Counted from the whole stretch's first letter, positions 18,283 through 28,997 are shown. The stretch: 63,560 bases of DNA, filler included, from Coriobacteriales bacterium (GCA_031263105.1; 8 parts of 8 records of this genome joined end to end with filler, not necessarily neighbours in it); one strand, 5' to 3'. A program made the numbers and translations. Notes: a model not told the origin generated them from the sequence alone.

Positions 18283-20739
18283 TCAGTCGATAACGGACAG
18301 CGGCCTTACCGGCGCCGACCCTGAGCCTATGGCCTCAGAAGAGTCCTGCACCTGTAGCGAGACGGCCTTCTCAAGGGTGTCGAGGTCGAAGACGTCGAGG
18401 CAGGCCCCCGAGAACACGTAGAGGTACCCGTCGATGAGCAGGCCTCTGGTCCCGGACCAATAGGAGGAGTCCGTGCCCATCTCCAGCGCTGCCCTCAGCT
18501 CGAAGCCGCCCGCCTCGTCGTAGCGGTAGACGAAGTAGCGGCCCATGCTGTCATACCGTGTCGCAGACAGCGCGTCGGACGAGCCGTAGCCGGGGAAGCC
18601 TATGAGCCCGCGCCCCACGTCGACGAGGACGGCCTTGTGGTTGTACAGGGCCTCCGAGGCGACGGCGTCCACGCCCTGATGGTACGCCTCGCCCACCGCA
18701 AAGGGGTCGGACACGTCGAACATGCTGAGCTTCATCCCCTGGGTGACGGCGCCCTCGGCCTCGTTGCCGAGCCCGAGCAGGCGGCCTTCCCCAAAGGGGT
18801 GGAGGTAGGTGCTGAAGCCCGGTATCTTGAGCTCGCTCGTCACCTTCGGCCTGAGAGGGTCCGCCAGGTCGATGGCGAACAGCGGGTCCACCTGGCGGTA
18901 GGTGACCATGTACCCGACCGGTCCCGCAAAGCGGGCACTGTAGATGCGCTCGTCTTCGGCAAGGTCCTCGATGCCGCCGATGAGCGTCATCGAGGGGTCG
19001 AGCACATAGACCGCGTTGCTCGTCGTGCTCTCATGGTCCTGGTAGCTCTCGATATCGTGGGACTCGTCGCGCAGGAAGCGGTAGGAGGAGCTCTCGCGTG
19101 TCACGACGAGGCGCAGGTTGTCCTCGTACTCGTCAAGCGAGAACTGGTTGAGCAGGGCGCCCTCCACCGTGCACTGGGCTGCCACATCGAGCGCGCCGTC
19201 CTCGATGGCCACGCGGACGAGCTGGGTCGTCGTCCTGTTCACGTAGTCCACGACGGTGTAGACGCTCTCCTGATAGGGCTCGCCCTCCTCGGAGGCATAT
19301 ACGCTGGATCCCAGATAGAGGTTGCGATAGCTCATGTAGACGGTGGACGCGTAGCCAAGGACCGACTTCTGGTCGATGCGCTCGCACGCCGCGAGGTCGT
19401 ATGAGGCGACTATCGTGTAGTTCGGCTGCTGGACGACGGGCATGACGTGGATGTCTGCGGCCCTCATGAGCCCATAGCTGCCGTTCTCGCTGAACAAGGG
19501 GACGAAGGTCTCCGGCTTGCTGCGGTCGGCGCCGTAAGGGAGGTAGTAGCTGCTGACGAGGTAGAGCTTCTCGCCGTACAGCCGGGAGGTCTGATAGCTC
19601 CCGCTCTGGCCGAAGCCCGCAAGCAGTGCAGGGGCCGAGGGGTCGCTGACGTCATAGAGCGTCAGCCTGGTCTCCTCCATCCCTCCCTGCACCGGGAGAA
19701 TCGTCGCCACGCCGCTCGCAGACGGCCCCTCGGAGGCGCCGGTGCCGAAGTGGTACGACACGATCGCCAAGGTGGAGCCGCTGACGTACATCTCGTGCGG
19801 GCTCCCGTAGGTCTCGAGCCCCTGTTCGGCGACCGTGGTGCGGGAGAGCTCCTTCGTATCGGCGCCCGCCGCACGGAAGATCACGAGCTCGTTTTGCGAG
19901 AGCGCATAGACGTGCGTGCCGTCCGTCTTGACGATGTCGCCCTCGTCTATGCCCTTGACCTGGGTGTTGGTCTCCGAGTAGGTGCCCGTCGCACCCGACG
20001 AGGAGTCGCTTGAGAGCGCATCGAGCTCCCCTGCGGCATCCGTGGCCCCCTCCTGCGAGCCGCCCGCCGACGAGCCCTGTGCCGCTCCTCCTCCGCCCGC
20101 GCCTGCGCCTCCGTCCGCGTCTGCCGTAGCTGCGGGCGCGGGCGCGGCAGCGTTCGTCGCGGCCTCGCTGCCGTCACGCGCCGACGACGGGGCTGCCTGC
20201 GGCGCTGCGGTCGAGACGGCCTCTCCGGCACCCAGGGCCTCGGCGGTGTCGGCGAGGGCGTAGACGCCCCCTGCCTCCCCCATCCCCGCGATGACGGAGT
20301 AGAGCTCCTGGTAGTCGGCGGGGGACGCGACGGAGCCCACATCGGCGACTGCGTCGCGGAGCAGGGAGCCGGCGGACAACAGGCCGCTGTTCGAGGCCGG
20401 ACGGGATGTGAGCATGAGCCCCACCGCTATGGACACGAGGAGGAACGCGGCCGCGACGGAGAGGTACAGGGCCAGCCTGCGCCGACGGGCCGCAGGCGGC
20501 CCCTCCTTCCCGGCGGCGGCATCGGATCCGGCGGGCGGCGGCTCGCCGCTTGAGTCCTCGAAGCTGTGCTGGCCGTACTGGCCCCCTGGGTCGCGTGCGT
20601 CCGGGACGTCTTGTGGGCGCCCGGGGCCTTGGTGGCCGGAATCGGCCGTCGCGTCCCCTATCGCCGCGTCGAGGCGGTCCATCGCCTCTTGCCCGGGCCT
20701 CATCTGCCCGCGCATGTCACGGAAGATCTCGTCATTCAT
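18283..20739 (-). CDS. Membrane-anchored beta-propeller domain protein, putative anti-sigma partner
   Basis: TNTQVKGIDEGDIVKTDG, LNQFSLDE, ERIYSARF, VDPLF and LKIPGFSTYLHP; one TM helix; overlaps the sigma gene. Confidence 0.8.
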   Translation of the reverse strand: MNDEIFRDMRGQMRPGQEAMDRLDAAIGDATADSGHQGPGRPQDVPDARDPGGQYGQHSFEDSSGEPPPAGSDAAAGKEGPPAARRRRLALYLSVAAAFLLVSIAVGLMLTSRPASNSGLLSAGSLLRDAVADVGSVASPADYQELYSVIAGMGEAGGVYALADTAEALGAGEAVSTAAPQAAPSSARDGSEAATNAAAPAPAATADADGGAGAGGGGAAQGSSAGGSQEGATDAAGELDALSSDSSSGATGTYSETNTQVKGIDEGDIVKTDGTHVYALSQNELVIFRAAGADTKELSRTTVAEQGLETYGSPHEMYVSGSTLAIVSYHFGTGASEGPSASGVATILPVQGGMEETRLTLYDVSDPSAPALLAGFGQSGSYQTSRLYGEKLYLVSSYYLPYGADRSKPETFVPLFSENGSYGLMRAADIHVMPVVQQPNYTIVASYDLAACERIDQKSVLGYASTVYMSYRNLYLGSSVYASEEGEPYQESVYTVVDYVNRTTTQLVRVAIEDGALDVAAQCTVEGALLNQFSLDEYEDNLRLVVTRESSSYRFLRDESHDIESYQDHESTTSNAVYVLDPSMTLIGGIEDLAEDERIYSARFAGPVGYMVTYRQVDPLFAIDLADPLRPKVTSELKIPGFSTYLHPFGEGRLLGLGNEAEGAVTQGMKLSMFDVSDPFAVGEAYHQGVDAVASEALYNHKAVLVDVGRGLIGFPGYGSSDALSATRYDSMGRYFVYRYDEAGGFELRAALEMGTDSSYWSGTRGLLIDGYLYVFSGACLDVFDLDTLEKAVSLQVQDSSEAIGSGSAPVRPLSVID

Positions 20740-21250
20740 CGAAATACTCTCCCTTCAGCTTCTCGCGCATCTGCGCGCGGCCACGCGAAAGCTGCACTTT
20801 CACGGTTCCCGCTTCGAGGCAGAGCGCCGTACATATCTGGGCGACCGACATATCCTCGAAATAGTACAGATGCAGGACGGTGCGGTACTTGTTAGGGAGT
20901 TCCTGGAGGGCGGCGAACACCGCGTCCTGCTCGTCGGTGCGAAAGCGGAAGCGGTCGTCGTGCCGCTCCTCGGAGACGTGCTCGTGGAGGGGGACGATCT
21001 TTGCCTGCCAAGAGCTTTCCGTCGCCCGCTTCGCACAGTTGAGCGTCGTCACGATGAGCCATGCCTTGCGCCGCTCGTCGTCGAAGAAGGCCAAGTGCTT
21101 GCGGTGGTAGGTCAGGAAGACCTCTTGGAAGACGTCGTCGGCATCGGTGCGGCTGCGGGTATGCGTCAGGGCGATGCCGTACACCATGTCCCGGTACCGT
21201 GCAACTGCCTGCGAGGTGTCCAGATAGGAACTGGTGTCCACGGCGTTCAT
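20732..21250 (-). CDS. ECF RNA polymerase sigma factor
   Basis: DADDVFQEVFL, KAWLI, LPNKYRTVLHLYYFEDMS and TVKVQLSRGR. Confidence 0.92.
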   Translation of the reverse strand: MNAVDTSSYLDTSQAVARYRDMVYGIALTHTRSRTDADDVFQEVFLTYHRKHLAFFDDERRKAWLIVTTLNCAKRATESSWQAKIVPLHEHVSEERHDDRFRFRTDEQDAVFAALQELPNKYRTVLHLYYFEDMSVAQICTALCLEAGTVKVQLSRGRAQMREKLKGEYFDE

Positions 21251-21405
21251 TCCCCTCCGATCGTCGGCGTTTCCAGGAAAATCCCTTTGGTATAAATCCG
21301 ATTTGGAGGCCAAAAGGTTACAGGAAACGCCGATATTTCTTCAATTCCCCTCGCAACGACCGTCTACCGGCCGAAAAAGACCCCAAGGCGGAGGCGCAGA
21401 AGACG

Positions 21406-22383
21406 TCAGGCGAGCTTGAGGTGTATCGTCCTGCCCGCCTCGCGGAACTGGTCGGCCGAGGACACGCCGGAACCGAAGTCATAGGTGACCGTCAGCGTCC
21501 AGACGGTCGGAACCGTCTCGGATGTCGTCCGTCCGCTGAAGATCTGGCTCTGCTTGACCACCTTCCGGTTCGCGGAGTTGGGGTTGTCGTACACGATGCT
21601 CTCCACCGGGTCGGGGGGGACATAGGAGAAGTCCCGGGGCTGCACGCCCGCCGAGGCAAGGGAGCCCGTCACCACCCCGCTGTCCGCCAAAAGCTCGTCG
21701 AACGACCTCTCGGGATACCCGAGCAGCTGCATGTCGCAGACGTAATAGATGTCGATGACCCTCCCCTCCTCGTCGAGGCTCGCATAGATGGACTCGCTCG
21801 GCAAGGGGACGTTCGTGGCCGTAGACGACGAGCCGCCGGTGACCGAAGGGGTATAGGAGAAGGTCGCCAACTGCCGGACGGCGGGGTTCGACTCGTCGGT
21901 GGCGGCATCCGTCCTGGCCAGCTTGAAGGAGGTGCCGAGCCGCGCCTTGGCCTTCTCGACCGTAAGGCCGAACAGCGAGACGAGGTCGGGGATGCTCGTC
22001 TCCTCGACCTTGACCTCGCTCGGTGCGTCCGGATCCGTGACCTCGACCTCGGTTATCGTAGGCACCGGCCTGAGGACGGTGCTGTTAAGGGCGGTGCCGT
22101 CCCGATAGATGGTATAGGCGAGGTAGGCGAGGGCGGCGAGGGCGGCGAAGAGCAGGACGATGACGATGACGAGGACGATGCCCGTCCTCTTGGCCCTTTT
22201 GAGGCGGGCAGGCGCAATCGGGACGTCTCCCCACGTCTCCGCCGCACTCGGGGCCTCGGTGCCGTTCGGGGCTGTGGCCGCAGCGCCACCCGCTGCCGCA
22301 GCGCCGTCCGGGGCCGTGGCATCGACCGTCCCCGGGGCCTGTGCCCCATCCGTCGTCCGATCCATGCTAGCGCTCATTTCCAT
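21406..22383 (-). CDS. Hypothetical single-pass membrane protein
   Basis: One strong TM segment; RBS; typical codon bias. Confidence 0.7.
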   Translation of the reverse strand: MEMSASMDRTTDGAQAPGTVDATAPDGAAAAGGAAATAPNGTEAPSAAETWGDVPIAPARLKRAKRTGIVLVIVIVLLFAALAALAYLAYTIYRDGTALNSTVLRPVPTITEVEVTDPDAPSEVKVEETSIPDLVSLFGLTVEKAKARLGTSFKLARTDAATDESNPAVRQLATFSYTPSVTGGSSSTATNVPLPSESIYASLDEEGRVIDIYYVCDMQLLGYPERSFDELLADSGVVTGSLASAGVQPRDFSYVPPDPVESIVYDNPNSANRKVVKQSQIFSGRTTSETVPTVWTLTVTYDFGSGVSSADQFREAGRTIHLKLA

Positions 22384-22443
22384 CTCCCATCGAAGGACGT
22401 CGCAGGCGGGGCTGCCGTTGACAGCAGGGAAGGCCGACGCTCC

Positions 22444-22800
22444 TCATCGGAAGACCCAGAACCATATCAGGTATGCTATCCCGACCACCACGCCGACCAA
22501 GGCGGCCACGACGACCATCCTCTGGGCAAGCGGCATGGGTGCGCCGATGCCGACATCCTCGATGCCGTGCGCGGTCTGCGCGGGCCGGTCGGCCTGAGGC
22601 ACGGCATCCACGGTGCCAGCGGCGTCCGCAGCGTCCGTGGCGTCCACGGTACCAGAGGCATCCGCAGCGCCTGCGGCGTCCACGGCGCCTATGACCATGA
22701 CCTCCTCGTCCTCCCGGCACGCCGATGCGTCGGCATCCGCCTGGCCGATGGTCACGTGCGAGAACCGGGTCCGGTCCTTTTGGCTTATGTCATCCGGCAT
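22444..22800 (-). CDS. Small hypothetical protein with a C-terminal TM helix
   Basis: Acidic low-complexity body ending PMPLAQRMVVV-TM. Confidence 0.6.
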   Translation of the reverse strand: MPDDISQKDRTRFSHVTIGQADADASACREDEEVMVIGAVDAAGAADASGTVDATDAADAAGTVDAVPQADRPAQTAHGIEDVGIGAPMPLAQRMVVVAALVGVVVGIAYLIWFWVFR

Positions 22801-22901
22801 ATACTGTCTTCCCAGTGCGTTTCATGTGCCCCCACAGTATACGCCATTCCTCTTGTCGGCGCGACAAAGCGCCCCGTGCGCCCCCGTGCGCCCTGACGCA
22901 C

Positions 22902-23031
22902 GTTACTGTTCACACCGCTGTCATTCCGAGCCCCGCCGAGGAATCCAAGGATTCCTCGGCGGAGTTTATCCTGAGCGCAGCGAAGGACCTGCGCTGCGCT
23001 CGGAATGACAGCGGGGGACGTGAGCAGTAAC
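22902..23031. repeat. Family A palindromic element with GTTAC...GTAAC termini
   Basis: GTTACTGTTCACACC...TGTCATTCCGAG...CTCGGAATGACA...GTGAGCAGTAAC. Confidence 0.85.
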
Positions 23032-23114
23032 GGGCACACGGGCGCAGGGGGCGCAGGGGGCGCAGGGGGCACACGGGGCGCAGGGGCGCGGGTCCTCGGA
23101 AGAAGAGGCTGGGG

Positions 23115-23884
23115 TCACGCAGCGCTGCCGGAGACGGCCGTTCCCTCCTCTATGGCCATGACGCGCTCGTAGGCCCGGGTGTCGCCGAAGACGGGCCTGC
23201 CGCTCCAGGGCATAACACGGTTCCTGCGCACCTTGTACACCTCGAAGACCGCGACGCCGATGTTGGCGACGAGGGCCAGGAAACTCACCGTGAACAGCGC
23301 GGTGGGGTTGAGGGAGGCCTTGACCGCAAATGCGCTCGTGTCGATGAAGGCAGGCATGGTCTGGGCGAACATGCACCAGATGGCCAGGGTGTGGGCCCGA
23401 TGCTGGAGCCAGGCGCCCTTCTTGAGGAAGAAGGCCGCAAGCGTGCAGCTTGCGAGCAGCATGACGCCCGCATAGAAGCTGTGGTCGCCTATGCAGTTGT
23501 AGGTGTAGGCGAAGTTCCAGAGGTCGTAGGCGATTATCCACGGCCAGATCTGGTCGACCCAGAGCATATCCTTCGAGGCGCCCAGCTTGGAGGCCTTGAT
23601 AGCGAACCAACCGGTGATGGTGAGGATGTTGAGGATACCGGCTGCGGCATTCATCAGATTCCAGGGGCCGGACACCATCGCCATGCCGTCGATGATCTGT
23701 CCGCTCGCCCCGAAGCTGTAGACCTGGATGTCACGGATGACGGCTTCAAGGATGTTGATCGACAAGATGAGCGGCGGAAATGCCAGCGCCAGCTTGTTCT
23801 TCTGCAACCGCGGGATATAGCGGATGGCCATGAAGCCAACGCAGCCGGCAAGCGCGGAGTAGACCTTCGCGTAATGGAACCAGT
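23115..23884 (-). CDS. DUF5692-like membrane protein, 5' end lost in the gap
   Basis: WFHYAKVYSALAGC, INILEAV, WIIAYDLWNFAYTYNC and WLQHRAHTL. Confidence 0.7.
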
Positions 23885-24009
23885 NNNNNNNNNNNNNNNN
23901 NNNNNNNNNNNNNNNNNNNNNNNNNNNNTTAATTAATTAANNNNNNNNNNNNNNNNNNNNNNNNNNNNNNNNNNNNNNNNNNNNAGTGGGGAGCGAGGCG
24001 CACGCAGCC

Positions 24010-25002
24010 TCATCCGTGGCTGAAGGTCTCCCGGTGGCGGATGCGCCTGCGGTAGATCTGCTCGCCGTAGTCCTTGCCTCCCGGGACGCCGATGGCGTCG
24101 GCGCGGCAGTGCTGGCAGTGGCGGAACACCGCGAGGTGCCTCTCGGCCTCGGAGCGCGCCCGGTCGGTTTGTGCGCAGGTCGGCGCGGGCACCTTCGACA
24201 TCTTGGCACAGGGAATCAGCGGGATGACGTTGTACAGCCCCGCACCCGCCTCCTTGACGGCGCGGGCGACCTCCCCTATCCGCCTGTCGTTCACCCCGGG
24301 GACGAGCACGGTGTTCACCTTGACGAGCATGCCGCGCTCGACCGCCGCGCGGATGCCCGCGAGCTGTTTGGCGATGAGCATCCCTGCGGCCTCGATGCCG
24401 GTGTGGAGGCGGCCGTGGTAGACGACGTGGTCGTTGATCCGCGCGAGCAGCCCTGCATCGACCTCGTTGACCGTGACGGTGAGGGTGTCGACGCCCACCT
24501 CGGCAAGCTCGTCCATCCGCTCGGCCAACAGCAGGCCGTTCGTGCTCATGCAGCGGATCATCTGGGGGAAGCGCTCCTTGACGAGACGGAAGGTCTCCAC
24601 GGCATGCGGGGTCGCCAACGGATCGCCCGGACCTGCGACGCCCACCACGGCAAGCTCCGGCGCAAGCTCCAGGGCCCGGGCGACGACCTCGAGGGCCTCT
24701 GGAGGGCCCAACACCTCCGCCGTGACGCCGGGACGCTGCTCCGTCGCATTGAGGGAGCGCTCGCAGAAGCGGCAGGCGATGTTGCAGCCGGGAGCGACGG
24801 GCAGATGGATGCGCCCCTTGTTGTTGGGCTTGCCCAAGGCGAAGCAGGGGTGCCTGGCAGAGACGAGCCCGAGCAGGCCGGTCCCCGGGCAGGGCTGCGC
24901 CCCCCGCGTGAGCGCCCCGGCCTCGGACGGGGCCGCCTCCTTGGTGCAGCCGCATCCCGCGCACGACCGTTTGCTCTCCCTATGCACGGTCTCCCTATGC
25001 AT
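24010..25002 (-). CDS. NifB-like radical SAM protein without a NifX domain (MarB-like)
   Basis: HPCF, RIHLPVAPGCNIACRFC, GVAGPGDPLA, STNGL and HCQHCRADA. Confidence 0.9.
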   Translation of the reverse strand: MHRETVHRESKRSCAGCGCTKEAAPSEAGALTRGAQPCPGTGLLGLVSARHPCFALGKPNNKGRIHLPVAPGCNIACRFCERSLNATEQRPGVTAEVLGPPEALEVVARALELAPELAVVGVAGPGDPLATPHAVETFRLVKERFPQMIRCMSTNGLLLAERMDELAEVGVDTLTVTVNEVDAGLLARINDHVVYHGRLHTGIEAAGMLIAKQLAGIRAAVERGMLVKVNTVLVPGVNDRRIGEVARAVKEAGAGLYNVIPLIPCAKMSKVPAPTCAQTDRARSEAERHLAVFRHCQHCRADAIGVPGGKDYGEQIYRRRIRHRETFSHG

Positions 25003-26338
25003 AGCTGCCCAGAACCACGTCGTAGAGGTCCTCGATGACGCGCAGGCCGCCGCTGAAGCCTACGTAGTTCGTCGTCAGGACGAGGCGGTAGGGGCATGGT
25101 GCGGCGGCGGGGAGAAAATCGTAGCCCTTCTCCTTCGCAAGCTCCTTGTCCCAGCCGCTGCCGATGATGAGGCCGCGCCCCTCGTGCGCAAGCCCGCGTA
25201 TGACACGCTGGGACGTCCCTGCGTCGGGGTCGAAGACAAGCGGTATCTCGCGCCTCGCGCTCGTCGCGGCGAGGTCGGAGCGGATGGCGGCCTTGAACTC
25301 CTCGGGCGTGTTGTCGACGACGAACTGCTCCTTGGGCACGATGCCGACCTCGTGCAGCAGGAACCTCGACAGCCCCACGACGTAGCCTGCGTCGTGAAGG
25401 ATGTGGACGTGGTTCGGCAGCCCGTAGCGGAACTCGAGCAGGAAGGTGGCGAGGTTGTCGATCTCCTCGTAGAAGCCGTGCTCCTCGTGCGCGATGAGGG
25501 CATGCACGCGCCGTTCGTCGAGAGGTGCGCCCTGTGCTGCGGCAAAGGCGGCCAGCCCCTCGAGGAAGCGCGTCGTCTCGTTCGCGCCGATGGGCGGGTA
25601 GCCGAAGCGGTAGAAGGGCTGCCCGTACTTCCGTTCGAGATGCTCGACGATGGGCAGGCCGTACCAGGGCGACACCAGCACGTTGAAGTTCGCCGCAGGG
25701 ATGGACCGCCACTCCGCAACGCCGCCGCTCTCGGGCCCGAACAGGATGTTGACTTTGAGGCCCATGGCTTCGAGCAGGCGCTTGTACTCGCGCAGGTTGC
25801 CCTTCCAGAACGGGTCCTGGTACGGCAACGAGGCGAAGACGTTGACGAGCGCCTTGTCGCTGCGCGGCAGGAAGTCGCCCACGAAGCCGTCGACGTACTG
25901 GTCGACGACGGCGCAGACGACGTCGGAATGCGCCACGAAGTTGTTGTGCTTGAAGCCTGCGGTCTCCACATGGACGAGCGGCCTGCCCTGCTCCGTGAAC
26001 TCGCCCGCCACGCTCGCCACGTCGTCGCCCACGATGTCGGCCGTGCAGCCGGTGAGGACGACCTGCAAGTCGGTGTCGAGCACCCGGTAGGTGTTCGCGA
26101 TGATGCTGCGCAGGCGCTCTGCGCCGCCGAAGACGACCTCCGTCTCGCTGAAGTTCGTGCACGGCGAGGTGCTGCCCCCTGCGTATCCCGTCGAACGCTC
26201 GTAGAAGCCCTGCACCATCGTGCCGCAGCCCGGGCCCGAATGCAGGATGGGCACCGCACGCGGGATGGCCACGACGGATTGCAGCGCACCGATGGCGCAG
26301 GTGTAGCGTTCATGTTCGATGAGGCCAGAGGCAGACAC
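24995..26338 (-). CDS. Nitrogenase-like component 1 beta subunit (group IV, MarK-like)
   Basis: RYTCAIGA, HSGPGC, VVFGG and LTGCTADIVGDD. Confidence 0.85.
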   Translation of the reverse strand: MSASGLIEHERYTCAIGALQSVVAIPRAVPILHSGPGCGTMVQGFYERSTGYAGGSTSPCTNFSETEVVFGGAERLRSIIANTYRVLDTDLQVVLTGCTADIVGDDVASVAGEFTEQGRPLVHVETAGFKHNNFVAHSDVVCAVVDQYVDGFVGDFLPRSDKALVNVFASLPYQDPFWKGNLREYKRLLEAMGLKVNILFGPESGGVAEWRSIPAANFNVLVSPWYGLPIVEHLERKYGQPFYRFGYPPIGANETTRFLEGLAAFAAAQGAPLDERRVHALIAHEEHGFYEEIDNLATFLLEFRYGLPNHVHILHDAGYVVGLSRFLLHEVGIVPKEQFVVDNTPEEFKAAIRSDLAATSARREIPLVFDPDAGTSQRVIRGLAHEGRGLIIGSGWDKELAKEKGYDFLPAAAPCPYRLVLTTNYVGFSGGLRVIEDLYDVVLGSYA

Positions 26339-26461
26339 GGCTCGGTCCTTTCTCGGTCGGATTCTTGGCGCGGCCCAGGTGCGGGGCGGGTGCGCTCCGC
26401 CCGGATGCGCTCGCGTGCCCGGCGGCCCCGTGCCCGGCGGCCCCGTGCCCGGCGGCCCTGC

Positions 26462-28003
26462 TCAGGGTACCGGCTCCAAAAAATAGGAGGGCCGCTGCTC
26501 GAGCCACCATGCGGTGTACGGGTTGACCGCGTGACGGGCGAGGTTCGTGACGAACTCGTTGTTCTCCATGACCTCGAGGATGGCCTTCCCGTAGTTCACG
26601 ACGCCCCGGTAGCCCATCCCCCACTGTTCGTCCCCGACGAGCAGCGACGGGATGCCGAGCTTGGCGCCCCACAGCGTCATGCCGCCGTGACGGGCGAGGA
26701 GCACGTCGGGGCGCATGCGGTTGAGCACGTTGACGAGCTCGAACTCCTGCTTGTTGCAGATGCTCACCTGGGGCACGTCCCCATAGTCGCGCACGCGTGC
26801 GACCAGCGAGTCCGCCTCCTCGGAACCGATGTCGTTGATCGGGTCGTGGTGGAACAGCGCCGCCCCCCGTGCCGTCATCCCCAGCTCGCCGAGGAGGGCG
26901 AGAAGGGCGTGGCCGTGGCCGGCGCCTGCCGTCACGTAGGCGGTCCTGCCCTTGAGCCGTTTGCGAAGCCCCTCGATCTGCGGCAGGAACTCCTCGCGCT
27001 CTGCGGCGATGATGCGCTCGACCGCCTCGGGCCTGCCCAACAGCTCCCCGAGGGCACGCAGCCAGCGCTCGGTCGCCGGCACGCCGTAGGGCGGCGCCGC
27101 CCTGAGCGCGGGCACGCCGAACTCGCGTTCGAGCACGCCGCTCAGATACGAGCCGAGGGTGGTGCATATCTGCACGCTCGCAAGCGCCTCGCTCGCGTGC
27201 TCGAGCGAGTCGAGCGTCGCGTAGGGCGTGAGGTAGCTGGCCTCGACGCCCAAGGGCTCGAACCAGCGCGTGAAGACGTCGCTGCCCCAGAAGTTGATGA
27301 CGTTGACGACAGGGCGCTTCTTGCGCGGGGGCTTGATGAGCTTGCGCGCGATGCCGTGGTAGCCCGCATCGAAGCCGCTCGTCCAGACCTTCGAACGGAA
27401 GCCCTCGCAGAATATCGCCACCACCGGGATGCCGAGCTCCTCCTCCGCCTCGTTGGCGACGCCCTCCACGTCGTCGCCGATGATGCCCGAGGCGCAGGTC
27501 GTGATGATGAAGACGACGTTGGGACGCTCGCGGCCGTAGACCTCGCGGATGGCTGCGGCGAGCTTCTCGTTGCCGCCGAAGACCGTCTCGTCCTCCGTGA
27601 GGTTCGTGGAGTAGATATGGCGCTGTGTGGGCCTTTCCACCCCGCGCAACGGCGCGTTGACGCGGTAGGTGAAGGCGAACTCGTGCAAGCAGGCGCTGCA
27701 GCCGACGGGGCCGTGGCTGATGACGACGCCGTCCTGCTCGAGCGTGACCATGCAGGCGGCGTTGCCCGTCGAGCAGCCGAGGCATTGCGTGAAGCTGCGC
27801 TCGCGCTCGGAGGGGCCGCCCTGACAGGACTCCCTCACAAGCGCCTCGGCACTGCCCTCGAAGCCGGTTATCGTGTTGAGCCTGACCTCCCGCACCGCGA
27901 CCGCCGGCACCTTCAGGTTGACGGTCGGCGTGCGCGGGCCGGCGGCTGCGGCGCACGGCGTGCGCGGGCCGGCGGTTGCCGTGTCCGGGTTGACGGTCGT
28001 CAT
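26462..28003 (-). CDS. Nitrogenase-like component 1 alpha subunit (group IV, MarD-like)
   Basis: REVRLNTITGF, RSFTQCLGCS, HGPVGC, TTCASGIIGDD and CEGFRS; start at 28003 after a GGAGGAG RBS. Confidence 0.85.
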   Translation of the reverse strand: MTTVNPDTATAGPRTPCAAAAGPRTPTVNLKVPAVAVREVRLNTITGFEGSAEALVRESCQGGPSERERSFTQCLGCSTGNAACMVTLEQDGVVISHGPVGCSACLHEFAFTYRVNAPLRGVERPTQRHIYSTNLTEDETVFGGNEKLAAAIREVYGRERPNVVFIITTCASGIIGDDVEGVANEAEEELGIPVVAIFCEGFRSKVWTSGFDAGYHGIARKLIKPPRKKRPVVNVINFWGSDVFTRWFEPLGVEASYLTPYATLDSLEHASEALASVQICTTLGSYLSGVLEREFGVPALRAAPPYGVPATERWLRALGELLGRPEAVERIIAAEREEFLPQIEGLRKRLKGRTAYVTAGAGHGHALLALLGELGMTARGAALFHHDPINDIGSEEADSLVARVRDYGDVPQVSICNKQEFELVNVLNRMRPDVLLARHGGMTLWGAKLGIPSLLVGDEQWGMGYRGVVNYGKAILEVMENNEFVTNLARHAVNPYTAWWLEQRPSYFLEPVP

Positions 28004-28013
28004 ACGCTCCTCC

Positions 28014-28922
28014 CTAGATCGCTTCCTGCTGGCCGCGGATCTCGCCGCTCTCCATGGCGACGAGCTGGTCCGCCCAGAGCGCACCCCACTCCTTCAGCTC
28101 GTCCGTCGAAAGGGGCACAGGCACCGTCGACGCGGCATGCCCGTCGATGCGGCGGGCGAGCTCGCGGTAGACCTTCGCCTGCCCGCTTTCCGGCGCGGCC
28201 TCGACGACCGTCTTCCCGGAAAGCTCGCTCTGCGTGACCGCAATCGAGCGCGGCACGTACTGCATGACCTGCGTATGCGTGCGCACGGCGAAGTCGTCGA
28301 CGATCTCGCGCTGGAAGGGGTGGCTCATGCTGTTCGCGATGACGCCGCCGAGCAGGGCCCCTCCCGCGTTCGAGTACTTCTGGATGCCCTTGAACAGGTT
28401 GTTCGCTGCATAGATCGCCATGAAGTCGGCGCTGGTCACCGTGAACACGTGCTGGGCGATCCCCTCGCGGATGGGCACGGCGAAGCCGCCACAGACCACG
28501 TCCCCCAGCACGTCGTAGATGACGTAGTCCAAGTCGAGTTCCTCGAAGATGCTCTGCTGCTTGAGGAGCTGCACGGCCGTGATGATGCCGCGCCCCGCGC
28601 AGCCGACGCCCGGCGCAGGCCCGCCCGCCTCGACGCAGTAGATACCGTTGTAGCCCTCGAAGATGGCGTCGTGGGCATCGACCTTCCTGTGTTCGCGGAG
28701 AAGGTCGAGCACCGTGGGGATGTAGCTGCCGTCCCGCAGCGTGTTCGTCGAGTCCGCCTTGGGGTCGCAGCCGAACTGCATGACCCGGTAGCCCTCGTCG
28801 GAAAGCGCCGCCGACAGGTTGGAGGTCGTCGTCGATTTGCCGATGCCGCCCTTGCCGTAGATGGCTATCTGTTTCGGCTGTCTTCTGCCTTGTGGTGCCA
28901 CGGGGCTTCCTTTCATCGTCAA
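28014..28922 (-). CDS. NifH-like Fe protein (group IV, MarH-like)
   Basis: [31 protein letters not shown] and [14 protein letters not shown]. Confidence 0.92.
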   Translation of the reverse strand: MTMKGSPVAPQGRRQPKQIAIYGKGGIGKSTTTSNLSAALSDEGYRVMQFGCDPKADSTNTLRDGSYIPTVLDLLREHRKVDAHDAIFEGYNGIYCVEAGGPAPGVGCAGRGIITAVQLLKQQSIFEELDLDYVIYDVLGDVVCGGFAVPIREGIAQHVFTVTSADFMAIYAANNLFKGIQKYSNAGGALLGGVIANSMSHPFQREIVDDFAVRTHTQVMQYVPRSIAVTQSELSGKTVVEAAPESGQAKVYRELARRIDGHAASTVPVPLSTDELKEWGALWADQLVAMESGEIRGQQEAI

Positions 28923-28997
28923 GGAAACCCTATTCTATACTATTCTTATAAGATTGCAAGGTAAAACTTGGCAGGCACGCCCTTTGTCACACCGGAT

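Noticed and set aside
24434..28237. 1267-aa plus-strand ORF and many similar long antisense ORFs
   Set aside because: Shadow frames of high-GC genes; no recognisable motifs.
24010..28922. Canonical nitrogen fixation (nifHDK)
   Set aside because: Group IV-type signatures, no recognisable FeMo-co histidine motif, and no nifEN on the contig.
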